NCBI RefSeq assembly: GCF_006345805.1
Contig: NC_043025.1
Span: 2,046,001 to 2,110,000, forward strand
DNA from: Octopus sinensis
Taxonomy: Eukaryota
Length of the DNA: 64,000 nucleotides
Reading direction: 5' to 3'
The position numbers and the translations under genes were made by a program. Of the stretch, positions 1 through 13,970 are shown piece after piece (the first letter of the stretch is position 1; each line of letters begins with the position of its first letter). A model generated the notes under the pieces. It was not told where the DNA came from, made no database searches, and worked only from the letters and a program-made list of their open reading frames with translations.

Positions 1-98
1 AACAAGTAAAAGAATTAAAGAAAAAAAATACACATTTATATATGTGTGTGTGTATATATCTAAATGCGTATGAATATATATATATGTATTTATATACC

Positions 99-132
<34 letters not shown>

Positions 133-216
133 AAAGTTTTGCCTCGTACACATGTGCATATATTCACACACATGTAGACACACGCTCACATATACATTCA
201 TATGTACATATGTATA

Positions 217-326
<110 letters not shown>

Positions 327-875
327 CAAAGGTACATACATACACACACATATATATTTGTGAGTGTTTGTGTATGTATATATATCCTCATGCATCTTTA
401 TATAACCATAATTATTACATATGACCCCGCGTAGCTATTCTTCGTCCTAAAATCCTAGATTGACGACTATAAAGTGGTTTCTGGGTTAGGTAGAATGCCA
501 GTGGTTGTGTTTTGTGGGGGAGGTGGACAGTCGACTAATTGAACTTCAGCATCTTTGAGAAATGAAAGGCAAAGGGGAGTTCGACAGGAAAGGAACTCAG
601 AATGCGAATAGATAAATCAATTTTTGTTACTTTTCTTTTATTTTAAGATTTATTTATATACACATACACAAATATATGATTTATGTTTCCCTTTCTCTCT
701 ATCCTTCTATAACTATGCAACGTAATAGAATAACGTTGTTCCTGACGATCATTTGTCGGTGAGCATTTGGTTCCAAGCAACCATAACGTTGTTACACGCA
801 CGTAATAACTATTAGTTAAACATTGGTTTGTCTTGTTCATCCTAATTATAGACTTATACATAAACACACATGCAT

Positions 876-1355
876 AGGCGTGGCTATGTGGTAAGAAACT
901 TGCTCCGCAAGCAGATAGATCCAGGTTCAGTTTCACTGTATGGCAACCTGGGAAAGTGTCTTCTACTATAGCCTCGGGCCGAGCAAAGACTTGTGAGTTA
1001 GTATTGTAGACGGACCCGAAGGAAGTCCGTTTTATATATATATACATATGTGTGTGTGAGTGTGTGTCGTGTGTGTGTGTGAGGGTGTGTGTGTGTGTGA
1101 GTGTGTGTGTGTTTGCCTCTGTGTATGTGTGTCTGTGTGACTATATTTGCCTCCCGTTCACAACTTGAGATCAGGTCTTTTCCGTCCGCCTTAACATAGC
1201 TGTTCGGCAAAAGCGATCAATAAAATATGTACCAGGCTTACGGAAAGTAAGCCCAGGTGTAAATTTCTTCGGCTCTTCGGCATAAAGGCATTTGAGGTGA
1301 CACTCCAGCAAGGTTGCAGTCCAATGACTTAAACAAGTAAAAGAATTAAAGATAA
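876..1355 (+). mobile_element. tRNA-headed CORE-type SINE with internal (TA)n/(TG)n; further copies at ~5151-5680 and ~6441-6590 (truncated)
   Basis: Head ggcgtggctatgtggtaag...ccaggttcagtttcactg, CORE-like ggcaacctgggaaagtgtcttctactatagcctcgggccg, tail ending aaacaagtaaaagaattaaag. Family assignment is from recall. Confidence 0.7.
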
Positions 1356-1418
1356 GAATACACATTTTATATGTGTGTGTAGATCTCTGAATGCGTATGA
1401 ATATTTATATATATATAT

Positions 1419-1800
1419 GGAAGCACTCCGTCGGTTACGACGATGAGGGTTCCGGTTGATCCGATCAACGGAACAGCCTGCTCGTGAAAATAACGTGTAA
1501 GTGGCTGAGCACTCCAAGGACACGTGTACCCTTAACGTAGTTCTCGGGGATATTCAGCGTGACACAGAGAGTGACAATGGCGGCCCTTTGAAATACACGT
1601 ACAACAGAAACTCTAAGTAAGAGTGAGAGAAAGTTGTGGTGAAAGAGTACAGCAGGGATCACCATCATCCCTGCCGGAACCTTGTGGAGCTTTTAGGTGT
1701 TTTCGCTCAATAAACACTCAGAACGCCCGGTCTGGGAATCGAAACCGCGATCCTACGACCGCGAGTCCGCTGCCCTAACCACTGGGCCATTGCGTTCCCA
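1419..1800 (-). mobile_element. tRNA-derived SINE
   Basis: The minus strand begins gcaatggcccagtggttagggcagcggactcgcggtcgtaggatcgcggtttcgattcccag, with Pol III A and B boxes, followed by a SINE body. Confidence 0.8.
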
Positions 1801-1814
1801 CATTTTTATATATA

Positions 1815-3413
1815 CATGGGGGGAAATCAATATTCGTACACGTCAAGATTCTTTATTTATTTAATTTCTAATGAACATAAATGGGATATACCAATACTAT
1901 ATTTGCATACACATGCATCAACTAAGAATATGCAAAAGAAACTAATAAATTAAGGAATTTATATACAATCATAAGTATTTAGGGGTGAAAAAAGTATTCG
2001 TGCAGAATAAATTTATGATTTTCTAAGCCACAAAATACTGTTAAAATAATTTTTCTTTTACTAGAACTTTCTCGTTTGTTCCAATAATCTTATCAGTTGT
2101 CATTTTTAAGTGTCAAAACGCTTGCTTCTTCATTCAGCACTGAGACAACGTAAATTAGTATCGTAATAATGGCGAAAAGTAAAGAACTCACAAATACAGT
2201 GAAAAATTTAATTATTGAACAGTGGAAAGCAGGTAAAAGTTACAGGAAAATATCAGAGATCCTTTGTATTCTATTTTCTACCATATCTTCATTTATTCAA
2301 AGATATAAAAAATCGGGAACTGTTGAAAACAGAATAAGATCCAGTACACCATGCAAGATTTCCCCTAGATCTTTAAGAAAAATGAAGCGAAGAATATAAA
2401 AAAAACCCAATGATCACCGGAAAGGAGTTGCCAGAAGATTTGTTAGCTTCAGGGACAAGTGTTACACTACGAACAATCAGCAATGAACTTCATAGGAATG
2501 AACTGAAGTCAAGCTCTCCTAGAAAACTCCGCTGTTGATTAAAGGCATAGCAATGCCCATTTAAAATTTGTTTATGAACATAAAGATAAATCTGATACAT
2601 TCTGGGAAAATGTTCTATGGACAGATGAGTCGAAAATTGAATTGTTTGAACGAAATTCGCGTAGCCATGTTTGGAGGAAAGATGGTACTGCCTATTCGTC
2701 AAAAACACAAAATTCCTACCATAAAGTTGGGAGTTTGCAACATCATGGTGTTGGGGGTGTTTCTCTGAAAATGGTACTGGCAATTTACATGTAATAGATG
2801 GTAGAATGAATGCAGAGATGTGCCAAAATATTTTGAACAATACGTTATGGGACTCTATTGAAAAGCTCCAGCTCTGAGAAGGCTGGGTTTTTCATCAGGA
2901 TAAGAAACCTAAGCACACGGCAAAGTCTCCCAACAAATGGATTGTCGATCACAATATAAAATTATTAGATTGGCCAAGCCAGTCACCTGACTTGAACCCC
3001 ATTAAAAATTTGTGGCGTTATTTGAAAATTAAAATTCATTCAAGAGCCCCAACGTGCATTCCAGATTTGAAGAAAATTTGTCAAGAAGAATGGGAAAAAA
3101 TTCCTAAAGAAACATGCAAGTCATTGATTAAGAACTACAAGAAGAGATTGGTTCAAGTAGAACTGAATAATGGTTATGCTACGAAGTATTAAATCAAAAT
3201 TATCAGATATTTATGTTCTGTATGAATTCTTCCCCCCACCTAAATATTTATAAATGTATATAAATTCCGTGGTAACTATAATTTATTAGTTTCTTTTGCA
3301 TATTCTTAGATTATGCATGTGTATGCAAATATAGTATTGGTATATCCCATTTATGTTCATTAGAAATTAGATATATAAAGAATTTTGACGTTTACGAATA
3401 GTTACCCCCGCCA

Positions 3414-3416
<3 letters not shown>
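1815..3416 (+). mobile_element. Tc1-family DNA transposon (~1.6 kb, long TIRs, TA target), inactive
   Basis: Inverted termini (1815 ca-tggggggg...ttcgtacacgtcaagattc versus gaattttgacgtttacgaatagttacccccgccactg 3416) are flanked by TA. About 150 bp of TIR matches (gaacataaatgggatataccaatactatatttgcatacacatgcat). Confidence 0.92.
2169..3192 (+). pseudogene. Frameshifted Tc1 DD34E transposase
   Basis: MAKSKEL...HTH at the N-terminus, then WENVLWTDESKIELF, FHQDKKPKH and WPSQSPDLNPIKNLW (catalytic E replaced by K). Split across frames. Confidence 0.9.
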
Positions 3417-3455
<39 letters not shown>

Positions 3456-5302
3456 GCAAATATGTGTGAGTGTGTGTGTGTATGTATGTGCGCGTGTGTG
3501 TGTCTGTGTGTGTATGTTGAACCCCGTATACTTGTGCATGTACTCACACACACACATGCACATAAACGCCCACATATATATTAATATATATATATATACA
3601 TATATGTATACATACACAAACGTACTCACACAATCTAAACTGTTCAGTGTAAATGGAATAATAATAAATTGGTATGCGGATGCTCACGTGAACAACTTAG
3701 GGAATTAGTACCATCTTTACCCTCTAGTACCTGCATCTGCTGTGTGAGTCCAGCGGCAAGTTACGCAGGGTGAACTGGACGTCCCTAAATTTTCGAGGGT
3801 ATGTTGTACTTGAGATAACCCATGTACATGAAAGTTACAATATGCTAAACACACTAATAAAGTAAACCACGTAGAATATCACTTTCATTCTTCTGCTAGT
3901 AGCAGAATAATTCAGTCCTAGATGTCATTTAATAAATTGATGGTTCATCTTGATAGTAAGGTCGGACTTATATTTCGGAAAGATCTATGAAAATTAACAT
4001 CGACATCATGTGATGCATTACAATAATGATTGTAGGTGTAGGTTTCAGGACTAATGAATGTCCATTACTTGAACATTTGCGCAATCAGCCCTATCGTAAG
4101 CATTTGAGACAATGATATTCCATTGTCTCACACCCTACCGCCTTAACCACGGAAAGAACACAACACACATTACGATGTAAGTGAATCGACGGGATGATCA
4201 TGACCGAAACGCCTCTGATCATTGTCTTATCATCAGTGAACAACAAGAATACTTTACAACCAAGTGAAATCTATTCTGGGAGAGGAGGGAAATTCGTCGG
4301 GTTTGCATTTTAGTAACTAGAGAGATGAGGTCGTGTCTTTGAGCAAATATCGCCATCCCAATAATCGATTAAAACAATGGCGTTTGTTTTAGAAAAGCGT
4401 CAAGTAGATAAGAATATTCTCTGGGTGTTGCCAGGACATATGAAAAATAAAGTTTTGGTAATATAATAGAAGTCGAGGACACATGAAATCGTGATTAAGG
4501 ATGCTACTATCGATAACAAGGTCGTGATTTCAAATACAGGACCGAGAGGTGTATTGTGCGGAGAACACTTCATATCATGTTGCACAGCGACCATTTCAAC
4601 ACTTGACTTGTAGGAATGGTGACTAGCTGGAAAATGGATTTATTTTCTGGATATTAAAGAATTGCAGCCACTCACATACATCAAGAGAAAATACTGCAAC
4701 TCTCGTTTTAAAAATAAGTAGAGAATTATTACAACAGGGTATTTCATTCAGTATGCTTATCGGATAGCAGCTGGAACGTGAGACAAAGACTTATATGAGG
4801 CAATAGAATATTCAGATAAGTGGATAAAAGATTTAATTTCTGTCAAAAATTCAAACTGAAGTCATATATTGATCCGGCGTTATAGAGGTAAAAAATTTTT
4901 AAAACTTTTCTTTTAAGATTTTACATTTATACATACACTCACCTATATATGATTTAATTTTCTCTCTCTCTCTCTATCTTTCTATAAATATGAGACTTAA
5001 TAGAATAACTTTGTTCATGACGATCATTTTTCGGTGAGCATTTGGTTCCAAGCAACCATAACGTTGTTACACTCACGTCAGAATTATTATTGAAATATTT
5101 GTTTGTCCTGTTCATCCTATATATAGACTTATACATAAATACATATGTATTGGCGTGGCTATGTGGTAAGAAACATGGTTCACAAGCAGATAATTCCAGG
5201 TTCAGTTTCACTGCATGTCAATTTGGGAAAGTGTCTTCTACTTTAGCTTCGAGCCGACCAAAGCCTTACGAGTGTATTTGGTAGACGGAAACCGAAAGAA
5301 GT

Positions 5303-5349
<47 letters not shown>

Positions 5350-6619
5350 TTTATATTTATATATTTATATATATATATGTGTATATATATATATATATAA
5401 ATGTATATGTGTGTGTGTGTGTGTGTGTATGAGTTTGTTTGTTTGTGTATGTGTGTTTGTGTCTTTGCGACTATGTTTGTTACCCATTCATATCTTGACA
5501 GTAGTTTTTTTACGCCCCCTCCTTAACATTGCGGTTCGGCAAATGCGGCCAATAAAATAAGTAATTCGCTTACAAAGAATAAGCCCTGATGTCAATTTAT
5601 TGGGCTTCAAGGCTTTTGATATGGTGCTCCAGCATGGCCGCAGGCAAATGACTTCAACAAGTAAAAGAATTAAAGAAAAAGAATACACATTTATATATGT
5701 GTGTGCGTATGTGTGCGTGTGTATATCTAAATGCGTATGAATATATATATATGTATTTATATACCTATATATATGTGTGTGTGTGAATGTTTCGCACACA
5801 CATGTAGACACATGCTCACATATACTTCCATATATACATATATACATACATATATATATATATACAAACGTACATACATACACACACTCACATGCACACA
5901 CTCCTACACACAGATATATTTGTGCGTGTTTGTGTATGTATTTATATCCTCATGCATCTTTATATAACCATAATTGATTACATATGACCCCGCGTTGCAA
6001 TTCTTTGTCCTAAAACCCTAGATTGCCGCCTATAAAGTAGTTTCTGGGTTAGGTAGAATGCCAGTGGTTGTGCTATTGTGGCGGAAGTGGTCAGTCGACT
6101 AATTGGACTTCAGCACCTCTGAGAAATGAAAGGCAAAGGGGAGTTCGACTGGAAAGGAACTCAGAATGCGAATAGATAAATCAATTTTTGTTACTTTTCT
6201 TTTAAGATTTAACATTTATTTATATATACACACACATATATATGATTTATTTTTCCATCTCTCTCATCTTTCTATAACTATGCAACTTAATAGAATAACG
6301 TTGTTCCTGACGGTCATTTGTCGGTGAGCATTTGGTTCCAAGCAACCATAGCGTTGTTACATGCACGTAAGAACTATTAGTTAGACATTTGTTTGTCATG
6401 TTCATCCTATTTATAGACTTATACATAAACACTCATACATAGGCGTGTCTGTGTGGTAAGAAACTTACTTCGGAAGCACATAGATCCAGGTTCAGTTTCC
6501 ACTGCATTTCATTTGGGAAATTGCCTCCTACTATAGTCTCGGGACGACCAAATCCTTGTGAATGGATTTCCTAGACGGAAAGCGAAATTCTATGGGTTCT
6601 GTTGTTTGTGGGTAATCCT

Positions 6620-9110
6620 GTATATGTTGAGCTAAAGGGTTAAAGCCGAGCTGAGGCGATTTTCTTCAAAGAATTGAATCTTTCAGGCAACGTCTTCCAG
6701 CGACTGATCTTCAGTTCTCTAAATGCTTCTTTCAAGAGATTTTCGTAATTCCATAAATTCTTTTCCCCATAATCCCCCCAATCATTTCCACTTCAAAACT
6801 ATCCTGTATATTTGTTGTTGAGCTAAAAAGTGATAGATGAAATGGGTTTGTTTCCAAATCCCTCAAAGTCGGGTTTGATGAGAAATGAAAATATTGGAGC
6901 GTCTGTTTCGAAATCTTTATCTCACTTGGAAAATTTTTCTTTCAACGTTGCAATATATTTTTGAAGTTCATTTTTATTAAATATTAAATCGATTTCAATA
7001 AGCTTTTACATTTGGAAAGTATTTTTATGTATTGCTAAGTGTATCACGCCAAAAAAAGTCTGATTTTAACAAAAATCCTTCCCAGTATTCAAAAAGATCA
7101 AGTACTGTTTGCAAATTTTAATCATTCAAGTGACTGTCAGTTAGAAGTATCAGTTTAAATAACTCGTCTTCGTTGTTCAATTCTGGCATCTCTTTCCTTT
7201 CAAGAAATATTTTGATTTCTTCTAAGCATGATACAAATCTGTTCAAAACATTACCCGACAAAATCAACGGACTGTAAGGACCGTGCGATGCGAGGTGACA
7301 AGAATGGTTCTTTAGTACCACACCACACAGCCCTCACAATAAAGAGAAAATTGATAGTACCATCTATTTGCCTGATGGAAAAAGGAGACAACCGCGTAGA
7401 ATGATTAAAAGAAGATTTATTGATATGTTAACAGATGTGTCATGTATACTGAACGATAGACATGCCGTCATGAGAACAGAATGTATGCGTATGGGTTCAT
7501 AGATGTAGGAGACAATTAGAGGTTTATGTTGAACGTGATGTCGTGGCTGTGATGCTGCTGCCTGGGTAACTTGTACAGGAATTCATACTGGTTGTATATT
7601 TGTTGTTGACCCATGATGAAGTAATTCATGAACAGTGAAGTGTTGGAACCTGGGTGCATCGCTTGCAGAGCTGTGTACGTAGAGAGATGATGTTGAAGAC
7701 GTTAAGGACATGGTGATAGCGACGAAGATGGAGGTTGTTGGAATGCTGTTGGACAAAGTTGGTAAGTCTCTGGAACTGGCTGTGTCTTTGTGGTCAGAGG
7801 CTAGACCTTAAAAGGTCTGGAACCAAAAGACGAAAGGAGAAAAAGCTGATTTTTTATAAGGAGAAGTAGGCCAAAACGGGGTAGTGAACAGGCTGTCGCA
7901 GGTGATCGTATTTAGGGACTCCGACAGGTTATACGCGGCAATTCGGCGCGACAAATTGCGCCAATACCAACTAATCAGAGTAGTGGACACAACAGGATCC
8001 AAATAGCGGCAAAAGGCTAGCTGTTCCCTGCTACTCTCGAATGCACGTATATAAATATATGGGAGAGGGGAATTTCAACCGAGTCTACGCTGCAGGACTT
8101 TACTGTGAAGTGGGAAGTCTGCATATTCGCTGTCCAGTTCCTGCAGAAGAGACTTAAATTGTCTGTGAGTCAGTGAAGAGCGAGAAACCATGAAGTTAAA
8201 TATTTTAACAACAGTCTCCACGACAGAACTGAAGCTTTGTGACGAAAGTTTTGCAACTAAATTTTCCCGATGTACAATGCAATTAAAACACATTACACTG
8301 CGTGAAATGTGATTTTCAAGACGCTTAATAAATCTTTTTTCCTTTCCAACCATTGCACGTGCACCACCAGTAGTAATACAAAATATTTTATTTGTATTAA
8401 TGGCTTGATTTTCGAAATAATTTAGAAATGCAGTCAGAATGTCTGATGTATTGGTAAGAGGAATAATCAAACAACATGATTCTTCGTAAATACGATCATC
8501 GTCACAATATCTTGCAACAATTGCTAGGTGCGCCATGTCATTCACGTCAGTACTTTCATCGAAAGGGGTCGCTGAATGCAGCATCATTTTGTAATCCAAC
8601 TTTTTGTTTTATTGTTATGTTTTCATCGATATCAGTTATATGTCTCTCAACTGATCATGCAGAAGTTGGTATTTCTTGAATTCGAGACAGTATTTGTTCA
8701 GCGTTTGCTTAATCACTGAACAAAATTTTAGCAATTCTCGAAAAGTTTTTTTGATAAATTCTCCGGCTGTAAAAGGTTTACCTTTCTCAGCTATACATTG
8801 AGCAATTATGTAACTACATTATTTGGCTTCATTGTTGGTTCCAAGCATTTGAACAAAAACAGAAGTGCTTTTTTTGTAACTAGAATTAGCCCGTTTTATG
8901 ACTTACCTTTTATCATCAGCGTTTTTAAATATAGTCTGGTGTCTAGTTTGATAGTGTCTTTGTACACTTGATGTACGACATACGACAAATTCACAGCAGA
9001 ACGCACACACAGCTCGATGATTTTGTTATACAAATCCATACTCAGTGCTCCAGAAATCTTGAAATGAACGAACGTCAAATTTTGGTCCTTTGTTATTCAA
9101 TTTGGGGCAC
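6620..9110 (-). pseudogene. Degraded hAT transposase (Spin/Buster, GTF2IRD2-like) with an ~800-bp nested insert at ~7270-8070
   Basis: Minus-strand pieces: FWSTEYGF...AVCAFC...RHYQTRH (zinc finger, ~8910-9065), GKPFTAGEFIKK (~8760-8780), DESTDVNDMAHLAIVARY...CIVHRENLVAK (8075-8599), EEIKIFLERK...LLTD (7118-7321). Confidence 0.85.
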
Positions 9111-10229
9111 TATATATTGATAATTGATATGACTGGTGTATAACCCTTAAATCAGGTTCTAAAAATGAAAATAAAAATGATTAAATAAAGATAAATAGAA
9201 TAAAATAAATAGTAAAAAAGAACGAGATTAATTAAATGAGTTAATTTTTGTAATAATAAAATAATTAGAGTAAATTATATGATATGAATAAACAAAAAAA
9301 AAAAACTCAAAAGATCAGACAACTTGACTCACGAAGGAGAAATTGAAACCTAAGAAAAAAACTATAATTTTTGAATTTTCATGTTTATTTCCTTTTCAAA
9401 ATCCTACTCGTTACCGCTTTTTCTTCCCAAAATGAGAATAATTTTAAAAGCGTCTACTTATAGACGACCCGCAATGTAGGAACCCATTTTAAAGAGTGTC
9501 TTTATTTAGACTGGCTGCTGTAAAGTGGTTAACTAAGTTGAACATATTATGATCTGCACTGCTAAATATACAGCCGAGTTCGAAACAATAAGCGTTCGCA
9601 CCTCTAGCTCCCGGCTTCAGTGATAGGGTACATATGAATGCTTTCGGCACCAGCTTACAAACAAATTAATTGTGCTAACATTCATAATTTCGTATCAAAA
9701 TTGTGTTCAGTAGTACTATATTTTTAAGGAAATGTAATACTACGAAATACAGCTAACTTCAGATAGTTTAGGCTAGAATAGATGGATCGTAAAAAAGATA
9801 TGTAATTTAATTATTATGATGTCGCTTCCTCAGATTTAGTTATGAATAAAAGTTTACTTTTAGTTTTTGCCAAGTGGTGTGCATGCCATTGTGAATTGTT
9901 CCGCGTGCTACACAGACACTTGGTCTAGACACTCCAAGGAAAACATCCAGAAGTCTGAAGATGTTCAGCTATCCTGAACCTGCCGAGGTGTAAACAGCCA
10001 CCAGACTGAGGGCACCTCCGTTACAACTGTTCACGACGTCCAGGACCACCAACTTACCTTCTGTGTCCAGAAAGATAATCTTTGTGTTGAGATCCAGGGG
10101 TCTCTGGGACAACACTGCCATTCCACCCCCACCCCCCATTCCCGTTTGACATGGAAATAAATATCAGGCTGAGTAAAAAGTAAGCAACGTTTTGAAACAT
10201 GAAATTCATCACAATGTATTTCAGCAATG

Positions 10230-11200
10230 CGGACATTTTATTCATCAAAGTCTGTACCATTACTATAAACACATTTTTGCCAATGAGTTACAAAGTTTGT
10301 TTATTCTGTTAACATAAAAATCTGGAGTTCTGGAGCTGATGGACTCTTTGAACGCGCTTTCAGCATCGGTTTGATTTTTGAACTCCTTCTCTCGAAGGAA
10401 ACCATAAAGATACTTGAAAAAGTGGTAGTCGTTGGGAGAAAGGTCTGGGGAATAGGCTGAGTAGGGAAGAACTTCGTAGCCAAATTCTCTAAATCTCTGG
10501 GGCGTCATTAGCGAAACGTGTGGTCGAGTATTGTCATGAAGAATGATTGGGCCTCTTCTGTTGACCAGTCTGAGACAGAGGAGTAGCAGTTTTTCGTTCA
10601 TATTGGCAATTTCTTGGTAATATGTTTCTGCAGTAATGGTTTTTCGGGGTTTTAATAAGGGATAGTCGATGAGTCCAACAGCACATCACTAAACAATCAC
10701 CATAACCTCCTCTTTGAAGAGATCGGGTTTAGGGAAGCTTTTCGGTGCTTCATTTGGGTCCATCCACTGCGAAAAAACATTTTCTATTACTATATAGAAT
10801 CTACTTTTCATCGCAAATACGGTCAAGAAATGGGTCGGTCTGGTTTCGGCGAAGAAGCGACGAGCACACTTCATAAGTTCACATTTTCTGATTTTCATTC
10901 AAATGGTGAGGTATTCATTTGTCGAGCTTTTCTGATTTTCCGATCGCATGCAAATGGTTTCAGGCATTTTCTGGTTAACTTGAAGTTCTTTTGCCATTTC
11001 TCGAGTGGTTTTACGTGGGTCTTTCTCAATGACGGTCTTCAATTGACCGTCATCGATGACAGACGGGGGACCACTACGCTTATGATCTTCAGGTTTCCAC
11101 TGCTAAATCGTTTAAACCATTTTCTAGCTGACCACTCACTGGTTATTTCCTCATGAAATGTTTCGTTGAAATCGTCAGCAGTTTCAGCTGTTTACATCCT
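10230..11200 (-). pseudogene. Mariner (DD34D) transposase relic
   Basis: ILHDNTRPH and YSPDLSPNDYHFF (10263-10601); QWMDPNEAPKSFPKP (10689-10898); N-terminal ARKWFKRFSSGN near 11100. Confidence 0.88.
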
Positions 11201-12414
11201 TTTTTGATGCTGAATAGAAAATTTATCGAATATCGCGCTTTGACAGTTCCATTTCAGATGATTGCAACAACGGTGAAAAAATATCAATGTTAATTTATTG
11301 ATGCATTTGGGAAGGTCTATGTCTGTATTGTCTGTGTGTTTTTGGTTCTGTTTCTTTTTCTTTTGTGTGTTCAGGCGACTTCTTGCCGTTTTGGTCTTTC
11401 GTCGTCCCCCTCCGCGCAAGGTATGTCTGAGTGCTCCGAACAGGGGAGGGGCAAATCTCTTAGAGCTTTATGATGTTGTCCTATTCATAAAGTTGTTGCT
11501 TTTTTTGGTGATGGGGACCGGGGTTGATGCTGTTGTTTTTGCTGCTGCGATTAGTGTTGCTGCTACTGTTACTCTTGATTTTGTAGCCACGATGGTCACC
11601 TGCCTCTGTTGGTGCTGTTGCTATTGTTGTTATTGTTGCTCTGGTGGTGGTGGTGGTGGTGATGATGTTGGCAAAAGTGAGAGGCTCCATTCTCTAATTT
11701 GTTGTGGGCAACAGAAGAACTTTAGATGATTTGTGTCCCCACACAGATGATACTGCCGCCATCAGCTTTCAAAGGCCACGTGGAGGTTGGTGCCACCGTG
11801 TGAATTTATGATATCTGGAATTGTGTCCCGACTTTGGCTGTTCATTTTCACCCACAATTTTAGGCCTTGACCCGAATAGTTTTGTTTGTAAAGTTTCCGC
11901 ATCTGTAAGATGCTCGTTTTGACCTATATGTCCAAGGGGACAGCTCCCACCAAGAATCAGCTGTCTATTTCTGGTGGTGTGTCTTCTTTTTTAAGGTCAA
12001 AGTGGATTGATTCCTTGCCTCCTCTTCATTTTTCTGTTATGTTTTTGTTGGTGCTGATAGTTGTGATGTTGTTGTTGTTGTTGCTGCTGCTGCTGCTGTC
12101 TTTGCTTTGTTTCTCAAAAATATTAACAAGCGGAGGTGACAAAATGTCAAAACGGATGATGTAAGAACCTTTACTTGCCTCGATTTGGGAAGCCAGACTG
12201 AACTTTTTCTTTTTAAAATATTAATTTGTAGTATTTAAAACTCAAAATTCGCCTTTAAGGGGCGAATTCTGGCCACCGCAGCTAGCCACAATTACAGCGA
12301 GGTGGGTTCTGTCGTCAATAAAATTTTGAAAACAGACATTGGAACAAGAAATTCTAAAGAAAACTTAGAGCTCCGAACAACTAGTCTCCAAAACCGACAC
12401 AAATAATAATAACA

Positions 12415-12878
<464 letters not shown>

Positions 12879-13555
12879 GCTCTGATGCAGTACCAGGCAG
12901 TTGCTCTCATGGCTTCTGATTTTAACTGATTGCGAATGTTATCACGTACATTGTTTTGTCTTGGTATAATTAAACCTCAAAGAATTCCTCTCAACACATG
13001 GCTATGATGCTCCCCCACTACTTCTGCTCGTGATCAGAGATGCACATATCGTCACCCACAAAGGGACATGCTCAACTGGTTAAGGTCAAACAACTGACAA
13101 GCAAATCTGTGGTATTGAGCCGAATATTTGCTTGTCAGTTGTTTGACCTTAACCAGTTGAGCATGTCCCTTTGTGGGTGACGATATGTGCATCTCTGATC
13201 ACGAACAGAAGTAGTGGGGGAGCATCATAGCCATGTGTTGAGAGAAATTCTTTGAGGTTTGAATAATTCGCCTCTGGAAACATGGGTGTTTCGTTCAACA
13301 TCCTTAAACAACCCTTATTCAGGGACCTTTTGAGTGGGATGGGTTACTCGACCAGAAGAAAATTCTAACTGGGCCCCACCTGCAAGGTCATGTGCTGTTT
13401 ATCTTAATATGAAATCACCATTTCGCGCACATATGCTTTTGATGCATGTACCTAGTGTTCCCTTACCAGATGGGTAGTCATGATGGGTATATTGGGCTTC
13501 GTATATTTTACCCCAGTGTCACTTTGATGGCATGCGCTGCTCTCTCACTTAATAA
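12879..13555 (+). mobile_element. Non-coding interspersed repeat bounded by (AAT)n, carrying an internal fold-back; second copy at ~29480-30000 (-)
   Basis: gctctgatgcagtaccaggcag...gcatgcgctgctctctcact matches the reverse complement of ~29480-30000. Confidence 0.8.
12972..13260. repeat. Near-perfect palindrome: 135-bp arms with a 19-nt loop
   Basis: 12972-13106 is the reverse complement of 13126-13260 with about 2 mismatches seen. Loop is ctgtggtattgagccgaat. Confidence 0.95.
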
Positions 13556-13560
13556 TGATG

Positions 13561-13599
<39 letters not shown>

Positions 13600-13647
13600 G
13601 TAATAATAATGATAATAAAATAATAAATATAATGATGATAATGATAA

Positions 13648-13706
<59 letters not shown>

Positions 13707-13845
13707 TGGTAGTAGTAGTAGTTGATATGAAGTGAGATGATTTTGTGACGGTGTCGATGGTGAGTTGGTCAGTTGTAGTAATTTCTTGAATGTAAAAGAA
13801 GGCTATTTTAATGTTAAGCAAAAACAACAAAAGTAGAAATATCTC

Positions 13846-13970
<125 letters not shown>

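Noticed and set aside
3700-4900. Unique-looking block with a VLCGEHF motif (THAP- or RT-like)
   Set aside because: It is a single short motif amid stop codons, not enough to assign a family.
643-6432. Recurrent minus-strand ORFs containing TTLWLLGTKCSP
   Set aside because: Recurrence is explained by the tandem duplication. They overlap SINE sequence and show no recognisable domain or minus-strand splice pattern.
11300-12400. Possible 5' part of another Dong-like LINE on the minus strand
   Set aside because: Only faint resemblance to 33800-33950, with no diagnostic protein motif.
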